Shown: piece by piece, positions 27,715-39,027 of the stretch | Numbering within the stretch: position 1 is the first letter of the stretch | Layout: the number at the start of each line of letters is the position of its first letter | Notes under the pieces: model-generated | What the model was told of the DNA's origin: nothing | Seen by the model: only the letters and a program-made list of their open reading frames with translations | Database searches by the model: none | Translations under genes and position numbers: made by a program | Source: a virus | IMG/VR virus record: IMGVR_UViG_3300020473_002200 | Span: 64,001 to 128,000 of that record | Length of the DNA stretch: 64,000 bases | Strand: one strand, 5' to 3'

Positions 27715-30700
27715 GTGTCTGAAGATTTGGGAAAACAGGTTGAGTTACAGGCTCAATTAAACAAGCTTCTACAAGACCGCATAAAACTTCAAAATCAATT
27801 AAATTCTGCATGCGGACAACAGGCCGGCTGCGCTCAGCAAATGAATGAAGCTGCTGAAAAGGCCACCGCTAATCAAGAAAAGCAGGCAAAGGGCCAGCAA
27901 AAGATAACGCAAGAGCAAGAAAAGGCTCGCAAATCACAAGAAAAATCTGGTAAAACCGCAGACGGATTCTTTTCTAAGATCACAACCGGTCAAGCTGCCG
28001 CAACTGGCGGTGTTATGGGGTTAGTCAAAGGCTTTAAGGATATGGGCTTTTCCCTTAGTGGGATGGGTAAGCTAATAAAGAGTTTCGTATCCGGATTGTT
28101 CAGTATCGGTGTGGCTATTATTAAGATGCCTTTTAAGATCTTTAGCGGTCTTGTTGGCATGGCTAATAATATGGCCCAAGCCGGAGTTGCGCTAAGGCAA
28201 GCGTATGAAGACGTGCGTAAAGAATTCGGTTCATTCGCAGAAGGTCCTGCCAAAAATGTAATCGCCGGCTTTAAGGATATGACAAAATCTGCCAATAATT
28301 TAGGTGGCACTGGTTTATCCGTTTCAAAAGTTTATGGTTGGGGCCCCGATGGCATGGCTGCGATGTTGAAGGACGTAGCTGACATTGCTAAGGGTCTTGG
28401 ATCTGCAATGAACCTATTGGGTGATGAGTTTGGTAAAGTTGCTCAAAAAGCCGCAATGTTTAAAAAGGGTATGGGTCTTTCTGGCGAGCAAATGGGCAAA
28501 CTTATGAAAGATGCCAAGCTATCTGGTAAGTCTCAAACTGAAATGATGACTGAAGTTGGTAGCATGTCATTACAAATGGCTAAAAAGTTTGGGCTTAGCT
28601 CTAAAGATATTGCTCGAGATATAGCTGACATGAAGGGTGACTTTGTTACGTTTGGTAATGTGAGCACAACTCAAATGGGGGCCGCTTCGGCTTACGCTAG
28701 AAAACTTGGCATGACCATGAAAGATCTTAAGGGTGTGGTTGACAAGTTTGACAACTTTGAAGGAGCCGCAGATAGCGTATCACAATTGAATCAGGCATTT
28801 GGTATCCAGCTTGATACGATGAAGATGATGAACGCTGAAAATCCAGCAGAGCGAATTGATATGTTGAGAGAATCCTTCTTCGCTGCTGGTAAGTCTATAG
28901 AAAATATGACTCGCCAAGAAAAGAAGCTTCTACAACAACAAACAGGTCTAACTGAATCTGCACTAAAGAACGCTTTCGCAGCCGAAAACCAGGGTATTGC
29001 GTATGAAGACTTTGCTGACGCTGCCGCCGATTCTGAAGAAGCGCAAATGTCAGAAAAAGAGGTAATGCTTAAGCTTGCCGAAGCTATTGAAAAAATCACC
29101 AAAACCGGCCCACAGTTTACTGGAATTTTTGATGCATTTTTCAAAGGTTTTGGTAAGGGTATGGCTTATCAAAAAGATTTTAGGGCTTTGCTGTCAACAA
29201 TTCGTTCATTTTTGTTTGTTGTATATGACTTTGGTAAGAAAATCGGTGGTGTGTTTGCCGATATATTGGCAGAAACTGGATTGCTAGGGGGCTTGCAAGA
29301 TCTTTTTGATCCTGGTGCTCTTAAGATCTTTTTAGATGACATAATGAAGACTGTCTGTAAGCTCAAGGCTTGGTTAATCGATGGGACAGGTAATCCTGAT
29401 GAGATCCTACAAGAGTTTACAGATAAGTTTGCCAATTTCTTTAGCGATAAAAAGAAAGCGCTAGGTAAAACAGGCGGCGCGCTTAAGCGTATGGGGCTAC
29501 TATTTTCAAAACTCTTTGGCGCTGTAACTGGTTGGTTATGGAAGAAGTTGGCTCCACTTTTCACATCTATGTTTGAAAAAGTTGGTGCTTATCTTTCAAA
29601 GAACTGGAAGCCAATTGCAATGTTTGTTGCTAAATACGTAATGGCTCCATTATTAATATGGGCTGTAATGAAAGGCTTCGTATTTGCAGCCGGTGCCGGC
29701 TTAGCAAAAATGCTCGCAGCAAAATTTCTAGGAATTAAAGCCGCCGCCGCCGCTGCCTCGAAGGCTGGCTCAACAGGGGCTGCTGCTGCTGCATCTAGCG
29801 GCGGCTTAGCGGCTTGGCTCCAGTCTTTGGCGATGATGCCTAAGGGAACGATTGGTAAGGCTGCTCAAACATTAATAGCACTTGCTGCCGTATTTTCTGT
29901 GGGTGTCGTTATGTTCGCCGGGGCATTTTGGGCTGCTGGTAAGCTATTAAGGAAAGTTAGCTGGAATACTATGGCGAAGGTTCTGGTAATGGTAGCAGCC
30001 AGCATGGTCGCCACCGCTGGCCTAATAACTGCAGCTCTTATACTTGACGCAATGAAGAGCCAGATGGGTCAAGCTATTATTGGCCTGTTGGCTGCAGCTG
30101 CTGTATTTTCGATTGGTATGATTGCCTACGCTGGTGGCATCTGGGTTGTTAATAAAATACTTTCAAAAGTTCCCATGATGCAATTCTTAAAGCAGCTTGG
30201 GGTTATTGTTCTTTGTATGGCAATTACTGGATTAGCAATAATCGCAGCTGCTTTGCTTGTGGCTGATGGCGGTACAACAGCTGGCCTGGCTTTACTTGGT
30301 ACGCTAGCGGCGGCACTATTGTTCAACGTTGGTATGGTTGCTTTTGCCGGTGGTATTTGGGTCGTTAGTAAGATATTAGCCAAAGTAGACTTAGGTAGAT
30401 TTTTAAAACAACTAGGCACTATAGTACTTGCAATGGCTGCAACTGGATTGATGATAGCCGGCGGGGCAGCAATTGGTATGATGGGCCCTGCTCTTCTTTT
30501 GGCTGGAGCCGGCATCGTCGCTGCTGCCGCATTATTTACTGGAGGTATGCTCGCATTTGCAGGTGGTATTGCGATTGTTATGGCTGCGATTAATAAGATA
30601 TCTGGCTTCGATAAATTTCCAAGTAAGCTCAAGGTAGTTGGGCTAGCAATGCTGGCCACTGTTGGATTATTGGGAATGGCAGCTGTTGGTGTATTAGCTG

Positions 30701-32379
30701 GTTTGGCTTATCCATTAATAATAGCGGGTCTTACCGCCTCTGCCGCTCTTTTTACTGGTGGTATGCTATTATTCGCTGGGGCTATAGCTACTGTAGATAG
30801 AAAATTCAAAATGAAAAAAGGTTTTGAGAAGAAACTGGATATTGTCCAGGACGTAATAAATATGACCGCCGAAATGCTAAAAATAGCTGGTAAGATGGGA
30901 CTTACGGCGTTATTGGGCTTTGGTGGTCCTTCAATAGACAGCGGCGCTGCCTTCTTTATCGAGTCCGGACCTAAGTTATTCGAGATGGTAAAGAGTATTG
31001 ACAAGATAAAAATCCCAGACCCCAAGAAGACAGCAGCTGTTGTAGGGATTGTAAAAGATTTAATAATGGCGATGTCTGCGCTTAAATCGCTTGTTCCAGA
31101 GCAAGGTGTATTTAGCTCTATTGCAACTATGTTGTCTGGCGGTTCTCCAAAGGCGTTAGTTTCTGAAATGGGTACATTTATTACTTCAATCTTAGATAAA
31201 CTGCAAGAGTGTGTGAAGGGGTTTGTCAAGCTTGCGCAAGGTATGAGCAAGTCAGATTTAGAAAAGGGTAAAGTCGTTGCAAGCATGATTAAGGCGATTG
31301 CAGACGTTGCCGCAGCTATGGCGCCTACATTGAAATTAATATCAGAGGATGCTTCGTACGCTACAACAATGAAGCTATTATCTGCCGGTACGGTAACTCA
31401 CAAGACTGGTACTGCTATGGAAGGTATGACCGTATTTTTCGATAAACTTATAGAGAAAATGCCACCGCTAATTACAGCTTTAGTTGAAGTAATGACAAAA
31501 GCTATGAAGGGCAAAGATCCAAAGAAAGTTTCCGCGCAGGCAGATGTTCTTGGCAAGATTATGAGCTCTGTAAAAGATGTGATGGCGGCTGTAGGCGAAT
31601 TCCAAAAGATGGTTGGAAAGCAGGACGGGTGGCTAACATCTACTAAGGGCGCGATGAAAGAAGTTGAAAAGATGTTCGATCTGGTCGCTAAGTTGGTTGG
31701 TCCGGGCGGGGCTATCAATAAAATGATAACCGCAATGATAGAATTAGCAAATCAGCTCGTCAAACTAAATACAATTAAGCCTGAAGATATGAAAAATCAG
31801 ATTAAGGTTCTTGAAACTATCGCGGGTGATGTATTACCTAATCTGGGTAATGCTATGCAAAAGATGTCTGAAATAGAATTCCCAGATCTAACCGAAAAAA
31901 CAGGGTTCCTTGGCGGTGGTACCTCTGTGAAAGATCAAATCTTAAATGCATTTGACCAAATGGCGACGTTGATCACTGACGGGAACAAGAAATTAACTTC
32001 GATTTCTAGTATTTCCGCCCCATTTGATACGCTTAAAGACGCAATGTCTGGTTTAGAATCAATAGCTAAGGGATTTGACAATGATTATTTTGGTTCTTCT
32101 GGCACCGTCGTAAAGGCAGCGCAGGGCCTTGTCGAGTCTTATAACGCAACTTATGCTGCTCTTTCAACGCTAACACAGGCTCCGATGGATTTAGACATTA
32201 AGCTCCAGACATTTGCAGACGCAATGGGCATGGATAGCTCTACATTTACGATTGATAATGAAAAACTTAATTTTACAGTAAATGTTAACGTGACCATGGA
32301 TGCTGAAAAGTTAAGTGATACGTTAACGGATAAACCAACAATGGGCAAGAAAACTATGAAACTAGCAGCGGGTGGATAA
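27715..32379 (+). CDS. Tape measure protein
   Basis: 1554 aa, Ala/Gly-rich helical protein with a long central hydrophobic repeat region; canonical position after tube and chaperone; GTG start. Confidence 0.85.
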   Translation: MSEDLGKQVELQAQLNKLLQDRIKLQNQLNSACGQQAGCAQQMNEAAEKATANQEKQAKGQQKITQEQEKARKSQEKSGKTADGFFSKITTGQAAATGGVMGLVKGFKDMGFSLSGMGKLIKSFVSGLFSIGVAIIKMPFKIFSGLVGMANNMAQAGVALRQAYEDVRKEFGSFAEGPAKNVIAGFKDMTKSANNLGGTGLSVSKVYGWGPDGMAAMLKDVADIAKGLGSAMNLLGDEFGKVAQKAAMFKKGMGLSGEQMGKLMKDAKLSGKSQTEMMTEVGSMSLQMAKKFGLSSKDIARDIADMKGDFVTFGNVSTTQMGAASAYARKLGMTMKDLKGVVDKFDNFEGAADSVSQLNQAFGIQLDTMKMMNAENPAERIDMLRESFFAAGKSIENMTRQEKKLLQQQTGLTESALKNAFAAENQGIAYEDFADAAADSEEAQMSEKEVMLKLAEAIEKITKTGPQFTGIFDAFFKGFGKGMAYQKDFRALLSTIRSFLFVVYDFGKKIGGVFADILAETGLLGGLQDLFDPGALKIFLDDIMKTVCKLKAWLIDGTGNPDEILQEFTDKFANFFSDKKKALGKTGGALKRMGLLFSKLFGAVTGWLWKKLAPLFTSMFEKVGAYLSKNWKPIAMFVAKYVMAPLLIWAVMKGFVFAAGAGLAKMLAAKFLGIKAAAAAASKAGSTGAAAAASSGGLAAWLQSLAMMPKGTIGKAAQTLIALAAVFSVGVVMFAGAFWAAGKLLRKVSWNTMAKVLVMVAASMVATAGLITAALILDAMKSQMGQAIIGLLAAAAVFSIGMIAYAGGIWVVNKILSKVPMMQFLKQLGVIVLCMAITGLAIIAAALLVADGGTTAGLALLGTLAAALLFNVGMVAFAGGIWVVSKILAKVDLGRFLKQLGTIVLAMAATGLMIAGGAAIGMMGPALLLAGAGIVAAAALFTGGMLAFAGGIAIVMAAINKISGFDKFPSKLKVVGLAMLATVGLLGMAAVGVLAGLAYPLIIAGLTASAALFTGGMLLFAGAIATVDRKFKMKKGFEKKLDIVQDVINMTAEMLKIAGKMGLTALLGFGGPSIDSGAAFFIESGPKLFEMVKSIDKIKIPDPKKTAAVVGIVKDLIMAMSALKSLVPEQGVFSSIATMLSGGSPKALVSEMGTFITSILDKLQECVKGFVKLAQGMSKSDLEKGKVVASMIKAIADVAAAMAPTLKLISEDASYATTMKLLSAGTVTHKTGTAMEGMTVFFDKLIEKMPPLITALVEVMTKAMKGKDPKKVSAQADVLGKIMSSVKDVMAAVGEFQKMVGKQDGWLTSTKGAMKEVEKMFDLVAKLVGPGGAINKMITAMIELANQLVKLNTIKPEDMKNQIKVLETIAGDVLPNLGNAMQKMSEIEFPDLTEKTGFLGGGTSVKDQILNAFDQMATLITDGNKKLTSISSISAPFDTLKDAMSGLESIAKGFDNDYFGSSGTVVKAAQGLVESYNATYAALSTLTQAPMDLDIKLQTFADAMGMDSSTFTIDNEKLNFTVNVNVTMDAEKLSDTLTDKPTMGKKTMKLAAGG

Positions 32380-32554
32380 AATGACTAAAGAAGAAAAAGA
32401 AGAAATTGAAAAAGTTTATGGGGGTCTTTTAAAAGATTTTCCCTTTGACAAATATGATGAAATAATAGATAATATAAAGAAGCTTTTTGCGCATCCTTCT
32501 GCTAAAAAGGGCCTACTTAAGCATATAAAAGAAGAATTAGTGGATAAGAAATAG
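32372..32554 (+). CDS. Small hypothetical protein
   Basis: 60-aa ORF overlapping both neighbours (coupled start and stop). Confidence 0.4.
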   Translation: MDKMTKEEKEEIEKVYGGLLKDFPFDKYDEIIDNIKKLFAHPSAKKGLLKHIKEELVDKK

Positions 32555-35500
32555 TGTCTGATGAAAAGAAAATATATCCTGAAGGATCTGGTGAATTTGG
32601 AGCACCTGACTCCGGCCGTCCTGGTAAAGTGGAATTTGACAAGGATGATCTGACTAGTCACACAAAGGCCACACTAAAGGATTATTTAAGCGGTTTAACG
32701 CACGGCAAAAAAAATGCGTTTCCAATTTCTCATGCTTCTTTAATAGATCCCAAGACGAAGGAAAAGAAAAGTCTAGATGATGAAATAGACACAAGGGCAA
32801 ATTCTGAAGATAGGATAGCAGAGATTAGAGTCGATACAAACGATTCACAATTTGTTTCTTTGTCTAGAGATTCTCAGGAAGCAAATGCGATGAGAACGTA
32901 TTCTGATTCTGGGAAGTTTACTGATATAGAAGATAAGTCTTCGACGCTTAAGACATTTTTTGATAAAAACAAAAGAGGTCCAGGTCATAGCTTGCTTAGG
33001 GATATTAAGCCCACTAAAAAATATGATAATGGTGAGTTAACAGACCCAACTGGCGTCGATAAAGAAATCTATAAAATTCCCGATGACGCACCAACAGTGC
33101 AAAAAAGAATTTCAGCAATTCTCACTAACAACAATAGGTTTTCGCCTTCACCAGAATCGCCCTATATTAGAGATGGGCAATATACGAAACCTGGCGCAGC
33201 ATATGGTTCTATTCAAAAAAGCCTAGGTATGTACACTAGCAATTCACCCGCTGGTGATCTTGCTATAAATGATTTAAGAAAAATTGCTCATTCATTAATG
33301 CTAAAACAAACCGGACATTCTGGTCCAGATGGAAACCCAGATAGCGAAAATTTTATTACAGTTGCTCCAGGATCATTTGTAGATACTCGAGTTCCAATTC
33401 GAGACACATACGCTTCTCATGCCCATAAAGGATCTGGCCGGAGAGGGCGCCCATCACTAGATGCCGTTGTGCAGGATGAAGATGATGATGATCACTTTTT
33501 CAAATTTAATGATGGTAAGTCTTATGGCGCTACAAATTCTCATTTGGAGCCCTTTACAGGTAATCCATTAGCAGCAGTTACTTTTATCCTCCAGGGACTT
33601 ATAACACTATTTGGGCTAAGTTTTGTTATTGGTATATTCTTAGAGCAGCTTTTTAAAGAATTTACTGATGAAAGAGCCCAAGGCAAAGACCCCGGATCAC
33701 TTCCGCTAGGTAAGTCAACAGATGCACCAGCAGCTGCCTTAATTGATATAGGGGTTCCCTATCTAAGGTTTCCAGTATTCACATGTATAGCTTATGGTCT
33801 TGCTGCATTTTTTAGAATGAAATGGCCCAAAGCTAGACCTGATGATGATTTAGGGAATTTTATTTCTTTGGGACTCTGGTTTGCAGGTGAAGCAATCAAT
33901 ATATTCGAGTTTATCGATAGGATTAACGAGTCTAAGGGCTTCTATGTTAATTTAATGCGTAACATTATGAGGGACAATTCGAAGATCATAGACACCTTTA
34001 CGGATCCGTTATTGGTTCTAGGCGCAATTGGTGAAGCGGCTCTTCTGGGTGGCTCTATCAAGGCTGTATTGGTAAAACTTTTATCGTTGTTTTCTGGTTT
34101 GTCATCATTTCGATTCTTTATGGCGGTTGCGATTGTAGGTGAGCGGTGTAAGATGGGCGAAATAAGGGATTTTTCTGGTCTTGGTGGTCAATTAATAGAA
34201 ACTATACAAGATAATGGCGCCACTCGAGTGACCAAGAGCCGTGTACACAAAACGTCTAATGCTCTGGTATGGCGCCATCGTTCTGCTCCAGCAAAAATGA
34301 TTTTACCTGTTGAGCTTTTGAATGCAAAAGGGATAGTAAATAACGGCCCAGATATTATGACGGCAGTCGCTGCGAAGGTCGGTGATTACGAAGGGACAGA
34401 AAGCCATAGAAGAAGAATTGATTTTGTCGACAACGGTAGAATTTCATCTGATGATGTTCTGAAGTTTGAAGACGAACTCGAATCCGAGTATATGCCATTT
34501 TATTTTCACGATCTTAGGACAAATGAAGTAATAAGTTTTCATGCATTTATAACTGATATGAAGGATTCATTCTCTGTTTCTTATACTGATACCGACGCTT
34601 ATGGTCGTATTGATCCTGTGAAAATTTATAATAAAACTGCTCGCTCAATAAGCGTTGGTTTTTGGTTAATAGCAACCTCTCAAGAAGACTTTGATTCAAT
34701 GTGGCTAAGTATTAATAAATTAACAAACATGGTTTATCCTCAATGGTCCGAGGGTCGCCAGTTAGCCTCAGAGGGTAAAAGCTTCATAATGCCCTTTTCA
34801 CAAATTCCCACTGCTAGCCCAATGATTCGATTAAGGGTTGGTGATTTTATTAGATCAAATGGTAGTAAGTTTAATCTACAAAAGCTGTTTGGTTTACAAC
34901 ATGCGTCTGGTGAAGAGCCTAAGTTCACATTCGGTAAGAACCCCGGGATAAAAGCAGAAAAAGCGAATAAGGATGTTGATAAAGCTAGGGACGTTATAGT
35001 GGGTCAAGCCGACGTACTAAGCGAGCAAGACACATTTGGCGTAGGCAAGTTTGCTATTTTAAGAAGATCTACTGCACACCCTTACGTTACTTTAAAGAAG
35101 GGTGGAGCAGCTGGTGGTCTTTTGGGCCCACCTACTTTACCATTTTATACGTGGACTCGCGGAGATGCTATAGTCAAAATTACTAAAGCTGAAGATAGGC
35201 CGGGTGCACCCGATGTTGATACTAGCAAGGGTGAAGAGTACGTTATGAAAAAGCCCTATCAATATCGCGTAGAGTTTCAAAATCCGAAGGATCCAGCAAA
35301 TCCGCATGACAAGGCTGATTTCGAAATGATCGTCTTAGCTTCTGACATGAAGGTAATAACAACGGAGGCCGAACCTATAGAGAATAAATTAAATGATCTA
35401 AAAGAAGCTGCTGACGCAGGTGAATTTTTTGATCCAGAAAAGAACTCTATTATGAAGGCATATGAGTCTACCCGCGGTAGAGGCCTTGCGGGATTTATTT

Positions 35501-35790
35501 CTAGTTTAGATTTCGACTATACAGACGCAACTTACGAAACTGGATCAATCACTCGTAGAGCGCCAAAGATGGTAAAGGTATCGATTAGTTTTGTGCCAAT
35601 TCACGATATCGCTCCTGGAATGGACAGCCAGGGTGGTATGCGTGCACCACTTTACCCTGTCGGTGATATATCTGCGCATCTCGCCGGCGATGAGTTAGCA
35701 AATGTTGAAGAATATGGTGTAAAATCGTCAAAAGCACAGGAATCGTTTAAGGAGACGCAAGGCTCTTTGGGTCGTAGGCAAGATGAATAA
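32554..35790 (+). CDS. Baseplate/tail tube initiator-like protein (gp48/gp54 or CIS tube-initiator-like), multi-domain
   Basis: PFYF.DLRT...I.F.AFI....DSFS.......YGR.DPV.IY..T.RSI...F and PMIRLR.GD motifs of tube-initiator folds; central hydrophobic segments. Confidence 0.6.
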   Translation: MSDEKKIYPEGSGEFGAPDSGRPGKVEFDKDDLTSHTKATLKDYLSGLTHGKKNAFPISHASLIDPKTKEKKSLDDEIDTRANSEDRIAEIRVDTNDSQFVSLSRDSQEANAMRTYSDSGKFTDIEDKSSTLKTFFDKNKRGPGHSLLRDIKPTKKYDNGELTDPTGVDKEIYKIPDDAPTVQKRISAILTNNNRFSPSPESPYIRDGQYTKPGAAYGSIQKSLGMYTSNSPAGDLAINDLRKIAHSLMLKQTGHSGPDGNPDSENFITVAPGSFVDTRVPIRDTYASHAHKGSGRRGRPSLDAVVQDEDDDDHFFKFNDGKSYGATNSHLEPFTGNPLAAVTFILQGLITLFGLSFVIGIFLEQLFKEFTDERAQGKDPGSLPLGKSTDAPAAALIDIGVPYLRFPVFTCIAYGLAAFFRMKWPKARPDDDLGNFISLGLWFAGEAINIFEFIDRINESKGFYVNLMRNIMRDNSKIIDTFTDPLLVLGAIGEAALLGGSIKAVLVKLLSLFSGLSSFRFFMAVAIVGERCKMGEIRDFSGLGGQLIETIQDNGATRVTKSRVHKTSNALVWRHRSAPAKMILPVELLNAKGIVNNGPDIMTAVAAKVGDYEGTESHRRRIDFVDNGRISSDDVLKFEDELESEYMPFYFHDLRTNEVISFHAFITDMKDSFSVSYTDTDAYGRIDPVKIYNKTARSISVGFWLIATSQEDFDSMWLSINKLTNMVYPQWSEGRQLASEGKSFIMPFSQIPTASPMIRLRVGDFIRSNGSKFNLQKLFGLQHASGEEPKFTFGKNPGIKAEKANKDVDKARDVIVGQADVLSEQDTFGVGKFAILRRSTAHPYVTLKKGGAAGGLLGPPTLPFYTWTRGDAIVKITKAEDRPGAPDVDTSKGEEYVMKKPYQYRVEFQNPKDPANPHDKADFEMIVLASDMKVITTEAEPIENKLNDLKEAADAGEFFDPEKNSIMKAYESTRGRGLAGFISSLDFDYTDATYETGSITRRAPKMVKVSISFVPIHDIAPGMDSQGGMRAPLYPVGDISAHLAGDELANVEEYGVKSSKAQESFKETQGSLGRRQDE

Positions 35791-35802
35791 AGGAGGTTTG
35801 GT

Positions 35803-36090
35803 TTGAGAAGATATGGGCCAGCCCCCATTATGGGAGGGGGTACTTTTTACGGTACGTATATCCCAAGTAAAATATTAAGAGAAGCAGCTTTAAGCGGTAC
35901 AATATCTATACGAAAAGACTACCTTAGAGAAGGTGAAAGAATGGATACTATCGCTGGAGTTGAGTATGGCGACTCAAGGTTGTGGTGGATCATCGCAGGT
36001 GCCAGTGGTATTGGTTGGAGCTTGCAGGTCCCACCTGGGACCTATTTGTTGGTACCTACCAATTTAATGCAGGTAGCAGCCCTGGTATAA
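35803..36090 (+). CDS. Baseplate wedge protein, LysM/gp53/tail-X-like
   Basis: GERMDTIAGVEYGDSRLWWIIA..SGI motif; AAGGAGG SD before the TTG start. Confidence 0.75.
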   Translation: MRRYGPAPIMGGGTFYGTYIPSKILREAALSGTISIRKDYLREGERMDTIAGVEYGDSRLWWIIAGASGIGWSLQVPPGTYLLVPTNLMQVAALV

Positions 36091-36101
36091 GGTGAACATC
36101 G

Positions 36102-39026
36102 ATGGCTAGAGGTACAAAAACTAGGCTAAATCAAGCTATAGAAGATCTCAAGGCTTATTTTGGCGTATTATCTCAAGATGATCTATTTAATGTCCTTATG
36201 GGCGTATCGACAATGGATAACCTCCAAAAGGCTAATTTCGATATGGTCCAAGGCAAGCCTGCTCCTGAGCCAGGAATTGCTGCGATAATAGGCATGCTAC
36301 AATCGAACGAAACTGCCTATTTTGCTCATGAGATTATTGCAAAAATAAACGAATTTAAGACCAAAAGTGGTGATGCTGAAAAGCTGGTTTCTGATGCGCT
36401 AATGGTGGTGTATGAAGATTCAGAAGCACAATTAGGTGACAAGATAGGTGTTAAGACTTCAATGTCTCAATTGGTGGTACCCATCAATAAAGATCCAAGA
36501 GACAAACCACCAATAGAACCCAACCAAGATGTTACAAACCCGAGTAAAGATAAGCCAGCTCTTTCTGCTTTTGTTGTTTTAAAAAATACGTTGAACCCTA
36601 CAAAGAGGGGTACACCGGCTGCTGAAATTTTTATGAATACTATTCCCACTCTAGAAATGTCTAGATGTGTACCTTTTCTCGACGTAACATTAATCCCATC
36701 CGTTCCTGCGTTATCTGACGACGGTACAGTTCAAACAATATCTTTATTACAATTTTTAAGAGGTAACTTTAAGCCTGCCGGAGGCTCAGCAGACGAGACT
36801 ATTGCCAAGGGCATTGATCTTAAGGTAAGAAAAAATGTCTTAAATACTCCACCGCCAAAAGTTAGCGATGAAAGTAAAAAGAAGCAAGATCCTTCGTTAA
36901 CTTCTGCTGGTATGGAAATTTTTACTTCACCTCAAACACTTGTCATGGGTGATGAGTCATATACACCGCATGCTCCTGAATCTAGAGGCGCGCCTGTTAT
37001 AGACAGGTTTAGACCCTTTATGAGCTTAAAGGACTTCAAGGTAAATTTAGTACCGTCTGCTGGGCTATTGACGTTTAAGTCAGCAGAGATGGGCCTTATT
37101 TTACATGACAGATCTAGACTCGCCGAAATCGCTGAATTTGTTAAACCAGATCTATATGGAAAAACGCAGATGTTGGTTACCTACGGCTGGTCTCATCCTG
37201 ATGGTAATCTGCCAGGGAATGTTTACGGAAGATTTTTGGATAGTCTAAAGTGCACTGAGAAATATGGCGTCGTTAATTCTAGCTTTACGTTTGATAATGT
37301 TGGGCAAGTCAATATAACACTTAAGTTATCGCTAAAAGGATCTGCACAAGTAGAATTATCCAAAATATCTGCAGGCGCTGCCGTCAAGGATGCGTTAAAA
37401 GATGTTGAAAGACTTACTGAGGCGCTAAAAGGCGCTCGTAAGCAAAAGCCTGGTGGTGCAAAAGGGGCAAAAAAGATTGATGGTGGTCAAATAGTGTCCA
37501 GGATGTCTGATACTGGATCTGCTATGGGGTTTAATAAAGAGACAGGTAAGAAAATAGACGAATTTATTAAAAACGCCAGAAAAGTCGGCGCGCCTGGTAA
37601 TCTAAAAAAAGTCCTACCATTATTAAAGAAGTTAAAAAATGCAGTCCCTAAAGCCCAAAAGGCCATGGCGCGCATTGTTGCAAAGAAAGTTGGAGATGTA
37701 TCCAAAAAAAGGAAATTATCGCTACAAGCGAGCAAAAAAGAGCTTCTAGATCCTTTTATGAAAACTTTTGTAGGACATAATCAGAAATTTGTAAATATCA
37801 ATGAGAATGATGTAGGGTACACTACTTTTGGTAATCTTGTTTTGGCGTTCTGCGGATATCCACTTTGCGGTACTGGCCAATTTGATGAAGTGCAATTCAT
37901 ATTCTATACCTTCAACAGCCATGCTTCATATATGAAAGATGCACCAATATCTAGCTTTCCAATCAGTATTCAAACATTTACTCAGAAATTTAGGGAAAAA
38001 TGTAAAACGTCTACGAATATGCCTATCGGCGCGTTTATTAGGTTTTTATCAAAAGAATTTGTTTCAAGCCAGACTGCGGAAGCGTATGGGCTAACAGATC
38101 TATACGAAAAAGATAAAGAGAATCCTGGTAAAATTAAGCTTAAAAAAGTTTTTGAAGATGAGGGTGGAAAAACGCTGCTAAAGAGTGTAAAAGACTTAAG
38201 GTTAAAAGACGCGTATGGAATAAAAGACGAAGAAGCTGATATTAATTTTAAGGTCCCCAGAATACAAATGCAGGCAGAGTGTCTAACTGCTGATGAGGAT
38301 GGGAAATCAATTTATAGAATCCATATTTTCGATCAAAATTCTACTTCACATACGACGTTGGCACAGATATGGCAGGCTTCCCAACAGGAAGCTATTACGC
38401 CGTTTACTAGCGGTATCGCAAAAGCCGCCAGAAAAGAAAAGGATAAAAGCGGAAGCAAAGAAGAATTCATATCTCAGATTAATGCTGCTTTAAAGAGTGG
38501 AATTTTAGAAGCGATTCCATCAACTACTGAGATAACAGAATCTGATGTTGAAAGTGGAAGCGTAAGATTTCGAGTCAAGAAAGACTTTACATACGTAAAA
38601 GATTTTTTGAAATCCGTTATGCCCACCATCATATACGGTAATAATACCACGAACGTAATAACAGCTAATCTCGCATCAATGAATAACCCTGCAATGACCA
38701 GCATTAATATGAGAAGATCAGGGTTGGGGGCAGGTACTTCTGCATTAGGCTTAAGGGAGTCTGGCTTACCATTACAGATTGCACCAACCAGACTCTCGCT
38801 ACAAACCATGGGCTTTCCAATTGCTACAATCGGTCAAACATTTTTTGTGGATTTTGGTACGGGTACCAGCGCTGATAATATCTACTGTGCATCAAAAGTT
38901 AGTCATACAATTTCTGCCGGTAATTTTCAAACAAGTTGGGAGTTTCAACCCCTAAATGCTTATGGCTCATATACCAATATCGGAAATGCTGTAAATCAAG
39001 CGGTCGCAGAAATTGAGTCTGATTAA
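36102..39026 (+). CDS. Baseplate hub protein (gp27/VgrG-like), putative
   Basis: Follows the LysM-like gene; LVTYGWSHP and C-terminal G.P....GQ.FFVDFGTGT..DN.Y....V.H.I..G.F.T pattern of hub proteins. Confidence 0.55.
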   Translation: MARGTKTRLNQAIEDLKAYFGVLSQDDLFNVLMGVSTMDNLQKANFDMVQGKPAPEPGIAAIIGMLQSNETAYFAHEIIAKINEFKTKSGDAEKLVSDALMVVYEDSEAQLGDKIGVKTSMSQLVVPINKDPRDKPPIEPNQDVTNPSKDKPALSAFVVLKNTLNPTKRGTPAAEIFMNTIPTLEMSRCVPFLDVTLIPSVPALSDDGTVQTISLLQFLRGNFKPAGGSADETIAKGIDLKVRKNVLNTPPPKVSDESKKKQDPSLTSAGMEIFTSPQTLVMGDESYTPHAPESRGAPVIDRFRPFMSLKDFKVNLVPSAGLLTFKSAEMGLILHDRSRLAEIAEFVKPDLYGKTQMLVTYGWSHPDGNLPGNVYGRFLDSLKCTEKYGVVNSSFTFDNVGQVNITLKLSLKGSAQVELSKISAGAAVKDALKDVERLTEALKGARKQKPGGAKGAKKIDGGQIVSRMSDTGSAMGFNKETGKKIDEFIKNARKVGAPGNLKKVLPLLKKLKNAVPKAQKAMARIVAKKVGDVSKKRKLSLQASKKELLDPFMKTFVGHNQKFVNINENDVGYTTFGNLVLAFCGYPLCGTGQFDEVQFIFYTFNSHASYMKDAPISSFPISIQTFTQKFREKCKTSTNMPIGAFIRFLSKEFVSSQTAEAYGLTDLYEKDKENPGKIKLKKVFEDEGGKTLLKSVKDLRLKDAYGIKDEEADINFKVPRIQMQAECLTADEDGKSIYRIHIFDQNSTSHTTLAQIWQASQQEAITPFTSGIAKAARKEKDKSGSKEEFISQINAALKSGILEAIPSTTEITESDVESGSVRFRVKKDFTYVKDFLKSVMPTIIYGNNTTNVITANLASMNNPAMTSINMRRSGLGAGTSALGLRESGLPLQIAPTRLSLQTMGFPIATIGQTFFVDFGTGTSADNIYCASKVSHTISAGNFQTSWEFQPLNAYGSYTNIGNAVNQAVAEIESD

Positions 39027-39027
39027 A

